Of a stretch of 64,000 nucleotides of DNA, positions 56,459 through 64,000 are shown one piece after another (position 1 is the stretch's first letter; the number at the start of each line of letters is the position of its first letter). The position numbers were made by a program, and so were the translations under genes. Source of the DNA: Octopus vulgaris (Eukaryota); NCBI GenBank assembly GCA_951406725.2, contig OX597821.1:32116001-32180000 (forward strand), given 5' to 3'. The notes under the pieces are model-generated. The model saw only the letters and a list, made by a program, of their open reading frames with translations. It made no database searches and was not told the DNA's origin.

Positions 56459-56850
56459 TTATATATAAAAGTGAAGTTGTGTGTCTGTCTCCTACGATTT
56501 AGATTCCTAGCTACTCCCACATTTTGCGGGGCAGTGTAACCAAAGGCGGGTATCTTATAGTCGTTATTCATATTGAGCCCTTCTGGGTATTAGCGCGCGT
56601 CTACGATGAGTCTACGATTTTAAAAAAAAATTACCATAATTTTTTTCCCATTTTTAATACATTTTTTGCTATTATATAAGAAAAGTAACTCTCTAAAAAT
56701 GTATTATTAAATCTCAGAACGTAAAAAGCTACAGTAACACCCCCCTTTGTGGTTAGCCATATTGAGATGTCTATTATACTTTACATCTCTAAAAATGCTT
56801 ATATAGTTATTTCCCTTACAAACCCGAGCAACGCCGGGTGATACTGCTAG
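56456..56850 (+). mobile_element. Non-autonomous Helitron (395 bp)
   Basis: A|TC start, subterminal hairpin CCCGAGCAACGCCGGG, CTAG|T end, no TSD, inserted in (TA)n. Confidence 0.9.
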
Positions 56851-57242
56851 TATATATATATATATATTTATAAATATAAATATAAATATATATCTTGATA
56901 TTGCTTTCGTAGATTATTTATATCGCCACAGTTGTCACTATCAAATTTAATTATTCAGTCAAACGGTTGATATACGTACATAGCAAATTCAATATATTTG
57001 TCGTCTTCAAATGAACTGATTTATCGCAATATCTGAAAGTTTATAGTAAATATTCATGAGAACCATAGTATGCTACTGTTACGTGCACCGACGAATCTTT
57101 AAATTTTTCTGTTCCTTCACAAATAAAAGTTGGATTCATTCCTTTCTTTTATATTCTCAGAAACAAGTTCAGAAATTTCAGTATAGAATGAAGTTTATAA
57201 TACTACATTCCACCTTTCTGTCCATATAAATTTGCACGTCAT

Positions 57243-57243
57243 A

Positions 57244-57282
<39 letters not shown>

Positions 57283-57551
57283 CAAATATATGTATATATA
57301 TATATATATGTATACATATACAGACATATATATACATATATATATACAGACATATATATATATACATGCATATATATATATACATACATATATATATATA
57401 TACATACATATATATATACATACGTATATATATATACATACATATATATATATATACATACATATATATATACATACGTATATATATATATATACATACG
57501 TATATATATATACATACATATATATATATACATACATATATATATACATAC

Positions 57552-57582
<31 letters not shown>

Positions 57583-57643
57583 CATACATATATATATATT
57601 CAAACGTATATATATATATATACATACATATATATATACATAC

Positions 57644-57674
<31 letters not shown>

Positions 57675-57729
57675 CATACATATATATATATTCAAACGTA
57701 TATATATATATATACATACATATATATAT

Positions 57730-57764
<35 letters not shown>

Positions 57765-57796
57765 CATACATATATATATATATACATACATATATG

Positions 57797-57828
<32 letters not shown>

Positions 57829-57841
57829 CATACATATATAT

Positions 57842-57884
<43 letters not shown>

Positions 57885-57986
57885 CATACAGACAGACAGA
57901 CACACATACATACATATGCACTCAAAAACACATCCCATTCACACCGAAAGTGTATACTGTATGTATATGTGTGTTTGTATGCGTGT

Positions 57987-58040
<54 letters not shown>
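57243..58040. repeat. ~800-bp compound (TA)n/(CATA)n/(TG)n tract
   Basis: Direct reading. The marker TTCAAACG recurs at ~57599 and ~57691. Confidence 0.95.
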
Positions 58041-58041
<1 letters not shown>

Positions 58042-58667
58042 GGAATATAGTTATACATATAGGTATGTATGCAAAAACTCATGAAAGTTCAACCACAAAT
58101 ACATACAAGTGAAGTGGCGAAATAGAATAAGAGAAGCGTAGATAGAAGCATATCTTGATAATTTTAATAAGATTCAACAGGTTTTAAGTTATAAGTGTCG
58201 TGATAACATGAAATTAATTAAGATAGGATCGCCAAAGTGAATCAAGAATCATATGATTTATTTTTTTTCCCCAACTATTTTGCTATTTACCAAATACATG
58301 TTATTTGGTAAAGATATGTTTTACGTAACGTACACAGTAAACAAAAATACCCAATTCAGAACAAAAATAATTCAAAAAGTAATTTGTTTTATAGAATTAA
58401 TTCAAATTATATATATATGTCTTCTCTATCACGTACATATCCAGGTATACTGAGTTCAAAAGCCACAGCTTTCCTGCCGATTTCAAATTGCATTTCACGT
58501 ACTAGTATAGTAAAGCAAAAGTTGTAAAATGAAAAATTGAAAAAACAAAATAGTGCTAAACAATCTCTACTAGTTTCTCTTGGAAATTAAGTGAAATAAG
58601 AAGTGCTACCATTCAGAGGTTGAGTAGTATAATACTATCATATTACAATATTAGAAGATATATTAAG

Positions 58668-59105
58668 ACGGTGAGGTGATAGAAGCGTTAGCCCGTAGAG
58701 CAAGATGCTCAGCGGCGTTTCGTCCGTCTTCACGTTCTGGTTCAAATTCCACCGAGGTTAACATTGTACTTCATCACATCAGACTCGATAAAATAAATAC
58801 CGGTTCTGCTCTGGGGCTGATGTAATCTTACCCCTTGCTCCGAAATTGCTGAACGTGTGCCAAAATTTCAAACCAATATTAGATGACACATTCAGGCAGC
58901 GAATTGGCAGAATCATTACCGTGCTGAGAAAATGCTTCGCGGTGTTTTGCCTGTCTTCAAATTCTGCGTTCAAGTTCTGCCGAGGTCGGCTCTGTCGTTC
59001 ATCCATTCGGGGACAATGAAATAAATAGCATTTCAGTACTGGGATAAATGTAATTCAATAATCCCCTTTCCTCAAATTGCTGGTCTTGTGCCGAAATTTG
59101 AAACT
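58668..59105 (+). mobile_element. Two tandem old SINE B copies with the alternative tail
   Basis: Degenerate head and core. Tail ..AATTGCTGG(T)CTTGTGCC(G/A)AAATTTGAAAC. Confidence 0.7.
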
Positions 59106-59566
59106 AATAATAGAGGACACATTTTAAAACTAATTGGGCCACAGTCAGTTGAATAAACTAAAACATTTTAGATTATGAGAGTGAATGAACTATATATGGT
59201 AAGTCACGTGTTTCACGCATCTGATAAAGATAATTGACTCTTCGTGTAAAAAGTCAATCATACCGCAAAGTTCCTATGCAGTTTTATCGAATCCGTTCCA
59301 TCAAAATATAAAATATTTTACGTAATAAAGAATTTTATTATTGCAATAAATCTAGAGTTTTTGTAGGTTATGCATGTGTTTGATTTATTGTACCCTACTA
59401 CGCATCGGATTTCTTATTTTATTCATGCCAGAAAGTTGAAAAGAAATTTCGATACGATTAGCATTTGAGAAACAAATATCCGTAAACAGAAGAAATTAAA
59501 TATAGACAGGCCGTTAATCTGTCAATCGGCTCATTTTACTGGCCAATATCATCTCATTATTTTAAC

Positions 59567-60100
59567 GGCGGTGAGCTGGCAGAATCGTTAGCATGCCGGA
59601 TAAAATGCTTAGTGGCATTTCCTCCATGTTTACGTTCTGAAGTCGAATTCTGCTGAGATTGACTTTACCTATCATCTTTTCGGGGTCGTTAAAGTAAGTA
59701 CCAGTTAAATACATGGGTCGATGTTATGAACGATCCTTCTACCACCAAATTGCAGGCATTGTGTCTATAGTAGAAAGAAACATTTTAAGACCGCCAGGCG
59801 GCAGGATCGTTAGCACGCAGGGCATTTTGTACACCTTTTAGTTCTGATGTGAAATTCTGCCCATCATCCCCTCGGGGTAGATAAAATAAGTACCAGCTGG
59901 GTACTATGGAGGAGTTCGATGCAATAGATTACCCACTCCATCGGACATACTGACCTTGAGCCTAAATTTATAACCAATATCATCTCAATATTTCTAAGTA
60001 TTGGTGGAAATGTTACGGCTGAGTGAATTAGAACGTTGAAAAATCCCCTGCGGCATTTATTCCGTTCTGAGTAAACTTTCTGAGTTCGAATAACACAGAA
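59567..60100 (+). mobile_element. Cluster of 2-3 old SINE B copies
   Basis: GGCGGTGAGCTGGCAGAATCGTTAGCA head at 59567, with further heads at ~59790 and ~60010. Confidence 0.7.
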
Positions 60101-60237
60101 AAAGACATCATTCCCTTGCTAAAATAAGCTTCAAGGGAAAACTTAAGTGGCGTAACCGATTATCCCCTAAGTCAAATTTTCAGCCTTTGTACCTATATAA
60201 GAAAGAATTATTTCAAAAACAGCAAAATATGTTTTTT

Positions 60238-60507
60238 GCTTGTTCCTTCTCGAACCATGCTAGGTTCATAAGGGCCGATTTCCCGGTTTCTTGGCGTATA
60301 GGTTCCCCACCTGGACGGGACGCCGGTCCGTCGCAGGTGAGCTGCAAGATGCAGGAGGAAAGAGTGAGAGAAAGTTGTGGCGAAAGAGTCAGCAGAATTT
60401 CGCCATTACCTTCTGCCGGAAACACACACATCGCTCGGTTTGAGATTCGAACCCGCGATCCCTCGACCGCGAGTCCGCTGCTCTAACCACTAAGCCATGT
60501 GCCTCCA
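60238..60507 (-). mobile_element. SINE family A, tail type 3
   Basis: Near-identical to 37573-37872, with a short internal deletion. Confidence 0.85.
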
Positions 60508-61201
60508 TCAATATATGTTTGGTGCTTTTTTATTGTTTTTTTTTTCTAGTTTGTCGCCCATCACTTGAAAACGACTGTTTGTTCCTTTACGTACCCGTAA
60601 TTTAGCAGATCAATGGAATATCATTCATACCTATAACCAACGATTTGTTTTTCGAAAACAAGCTACTTACGATCACGATTTCAAGTAAGATGTTCACTTA
60701 TAGGACATATATATCTCGGTGAGACGTTTGTATCCCGTTTAAGTAAAACTTAGACGAGATACAGTTTGTCTGAAGTAATACTGCGCTAGCGTTACTGATG
60801 TCTTTAGGTAAAAAAACATACAGAAGGCTGCCACAGATTACTCGGCTACTTTTTCATGTCTTTCTTCATCGGCAACAAATTTCATTGCAAATCGTGAGAG
60901 AAAACGAAGATTTGTATTTCTTTTATGTTTTTCCCCTACATTTATTTATTGTGTGTCTGTAATTTAATCAGCGCTCCACCATAGAACTATTAGCTTAATT
61001 ATCAATAAAATAACAAATAAATCCATGATACTGTCTAGACGTGTCGTGACAGCCTTAGATCTGAAACAACTTAGAGTTTTATCTCATATTTAATAATCTT
61101 ACCACATTCGGATTGGACACAAAATGGTACAGATCTGGAGAGATTTCAACATTTTCTAACTACTCAAGGGACAAAACACGCACACACAAGTATCTACATT
61201 A

Positions 61202-61307
<106 letters not shown>

Positions 61308-61583
61308 CATATGCATATATATATATATATACATACATACACATATAAATTTATATATATTATATATGTGTATCCGTATATACGTATGTATATGCATATA
61401 TATATATATATATGTATATATATATGTGTGTGTGTGTGTGTGTGCATATATATATATGTATATATGTATATATATGTATGTATATATCTATCTGTTTCTC
61501 CCTCTCTTTCTTTCTCTCTCCCTCTCTACACACACAAATGCAAGAACATTATTTAAAAATTATAATATAAGTAATGCCTACTA

Positions 61584-61629
<46 letters not shown>

Positions 61630-61632
61630 GAA

Positions 61633-61640
61633 TCTTTATA

Positions 61641-61674
<34 letters not shown>

Positions 61675-61715
61675 CTAGTATTAAAGACCCCCTCGTTGCC
61701 GGGTCATAGTGCTAG
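61633..61715 (+). mobile_element. Minimal Helitron-like element / two-faced Helitron 3' end
   Basis: A|TCTTTATATATA start like the 56456 element. The hairpin GACCCCCTCGTTGCCGGGTC is flanked by CTAG on both sides (61675 and 61712-61715). Confidence 0.55.
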
Positions 61716-61861
61716 TGCATGTATTTATGTGTATATATATGTGTACATATTACATGTACATCTATATATATATATACATCTACACATAAAATGCAAAATA
61801 CAAAGTTATATCTTAATATCGCTAGTGATAACAATACTCAAAATATATAACAGACTGGAAT

Positions 61862-63191
61862 TGTTTTATTCCTACCCACAAGGGGCAACATAGAAGGGAC
61901 AATACAATCGGGAAAAATAAAATAATGAATTATGAAGTTTGTACTATGTGGTATAATGCCCACTCGATCCCCGAAATCGAGCGGTTACATTTCGTCATGT
62001 TTTATTCGTCAACAATATTTTCAAAATAAAAATATTTTACACATTTTCAACATACATTTCAAAAATGTTACAAAGTTTAACATTTTTTTTTTACTTCCAG
62101 AATTTAAAGTTCTTTTTATTATTTCCAAATTAAAGTTTTCACAATACCTTTTCTTTTATATATACTCCATTATCTCTACCAAATCTTGGTAATTTTCCAT
62201 CGTTCGTGGCCACCTTGTAAGTCGGCATTTCATATGTTTTGACACGTTCTTGCCAGCTGCCTCGATGAACACCTCAGCATTGTTCTCGTGGACGAGTGCA
62301 CCTGTTTCTTTCCATTCGGTGCCCATCCCGACCCACGTATATCCATCTGTTTCGCTTATTAAATCTTCCATCTCTTCACAGTGCCTGTGATGGATCAATG
62401 TTCCATAGTATTTGAATCTTTTATTCGTACCTGCATTTTCTCTAGTTTTTCTCTTAGGACTTACTTCCTCTTTTTTCTCCTCTCTCAGATTCTCTCTTTC
62501 TCTCTTTTTGCTTTCTCTTCTTTCTTTTTCCTTCTCTTGTCTTTTTGGCTCTTTGTCTGTCGTCTCTCTACCTTGTGCCTTATGTTCCTTTCCTGTTGTT
62601 TCTTTTCCTTTTTGCATACCATCTTTTCCTTTCTCTTGGTTCTGTTCCTTCTCTTGTTCTTTTCCTGTTTTTTCTCTTTCCTTTAATGTACTTTCCTTTT
62701 CTTTCTCTTGCTTCTGCCTTGGCTCCTTCTCCACTACTCCTCCTCCCTGTGAATTTTGCTCCTTTTCTACTATCTTCTTCCCTTTGTTTTCATTTTCCTT
62801 CAGTGCGCTGTTACTTCCCTTCTCTTGTTGTTTCTCCGTTATTTCCTTTTCCTTGTTTTCGCTGTTCTTTCCTTCGTGTTCTTTTTCCTTCTCTTTTTTG
62901 TTCTCTCCAGTTTGTGTCTCTTTTTGCTCCATTTCCCTCTCCGCTGTGAATTCATATAGCGGACATTCCTTTTTTATGTGCCTTCTTGACCCGCACAACT
63001 AGCAATTCGGTTTTCTCCCCTCCACAATTACACTAATTGTTTTCTCGTTTTCTATTTCTATTTGGAAGGGAAACCGTTCGATGTCTTCCATTGTGGCCAT
63101 CAGCCACAACTCTACTCCGAATCCCTTCCAATTTACAACGTTGGTCTCCTTGATTGACCCTATTTCTACTTCCTCCTTTGCTGACCCTAGA
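61862..63191 (-). mobile_element. ORF1-only (HAL1-like) Tx1-related element, 5'-truncated
   Basis: A Tx1-type ORF1 is followed by ~290 nt of 3'UTR with AATAAA and a 3' end matching the Tx1 and SINE tails. No ORF2 sequence lies between them. Confidence 0.65.
62156..63190 (-). pseudogene. Tx1-like ORF1 with CCHC knuckle, E/K-rich linker and an extra ~85-aa C-terminal domain
   Basis: Reading upstream of the listed ORF gives ...FPFQIEIENEKTISVIVEGRKPNC*LCGSRRHIKKECP, homologous to VVVEGRRPRCYLCGSETHLKKTCP of the 46968-47555 ORF. One in-frame TAG at 62999-63001. Confidence 0.8.
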
Positions 63192-63548
63192 ATGTATATA
63201 TATATAAAAAAATTTATAAAATTTATAAAATCCGAGGAAAAAACCGAGGAAAAAACCTATTGCCGTTAATGAAGACAGTACAAATTAATGCATAGAAATT
63301 AAACCTGTTATAAATACTGCAATACATATTTATATTAAAATCCACATATATATATCAACATACGCGCATCCTTTTGTGTATGTTGATATATATATGTAGA
63401 TTTTAATATAAATATGTATTGCAGTATTTATAACAGGTTTAATTTCTATGCATTAATTTGTACTGTCTTCATTAACGGCAATAGGTTTTTCCTCGGTTTT
63501 TTCCTCGGATTTTATAATTTTTATAAGTTTTTTTATATATATATACAT
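63192..63548. repeat. Long near-perfect inverted repeat (foldback, ~170-bp arms, ~14-nt loop)
   Basis: 63192-63363 is the reverse complement of ~63378-63548 with about 3-4 mismatches. Confidence 0.95.
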
Positions 63549-63549
63549 A

Positions 63550-63830
63550 TATTTTTGACCTTTTTGTTTATCGCTCGAAGATTGACCGTTTTTTCTAAAG
63601 GGCCAATCAAACAAGTCCATTTCTTTTTAAAGGTGTAGCGTTTGTAAGAGTATAGATTGAATTAATATATAAGTTCCATTCTAGCAAAAACTGTCTGATG
63701 AACGGCAACGAGAAACTCAGAGTAACAGATTTTGTTGAATTTTCTGCTGCTTAAAATAAAGCATATTACTCTACCACTGGTATTTGAGTACTCTTTTTTC
63801 CACCTTGTTTCACATTTATGTGTTTACTCC

Positions 63831-63832
<2 letters not shown>
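63550..63832 (+). mobile_element. Penelope pseudo-LTR fragment between (TA)n tracts
   Basis: Contains a hammerhead motif and a downstream AATAAA, flanked by TA microsatellite. Confidence 0.6.
63686..63734 (+). ncRNA. Minimal type I hammerhead ribozyme motif
   Basis: CTGT-CTGATGA-ACGGCAACGA-GAAA-CTCAGAG-TA-ACAG: stem I CTGT/ACAG, intact core, short palindromic stem III, cleavage triplet GUA. The stem II closing pair is mismatched (A-A). Confidence 0.7.
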
Positions 63833-63899
<67 letters not shown>

Positions 63900-64000
63900 G
63901 TGTGTGTGTGTGTGTGCGTGCGTGTGTGTGTGTGTGTGAGTATAGTATATATTTCGCTCTGGATTTAGTTAGCATGATTCTTTAGGTCAGTTTTGAAGCA

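Noticed and set aside
57178-58112. Long ORFs (up to 272 aa) of YI/HT/CV repeats, and similar ORFs at 12929-13519, 16938-17421, 22332-22848, 53208-53652 and elsewhere
   Set aside because: They are translations of stop-free microsatellites, with no coding complexity.

Overview
AT-rich, microsatellite-dense animal genomic DNA. The repeat content looks like an octopus/cephalopod intron or intergenic region, inferred from SINE/LINE types and microsatellite load and not verified. I find no supportable host protein-coding gene; most short ORFs in the track are translations of microsatellites or antisense frames of transposons. The main element is a full-length (~6.1 kb) Tx1-group (L1 clade) non-LTR retrotransposon on the minus strand (42458-48590), inserted in a (GATA)n tract, with a few inactivating lesions. 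Two decayed relatives are at about 1.4-3.1 kb and 28.6-29.4 kb. Other elements: R4/Dong-like fragments tied to (AAT)n, Hero and RTE fragments, Penelope-like relics with hammerhead motifs, three tRNA-type SINE families, mariner/Tc1 fossils, Helitron-type elements, MITEs and foldback hairpins inside (TA)n. The most interesting signal is a ~45-nt 3' terminus shared by the Tx1 LINE, an ORF1-only (HAL1-like) element with an extra C-terminal domain, and the youngest copies of one SINE family. This suggests a three-member Tx1-driven retrotransposition system.
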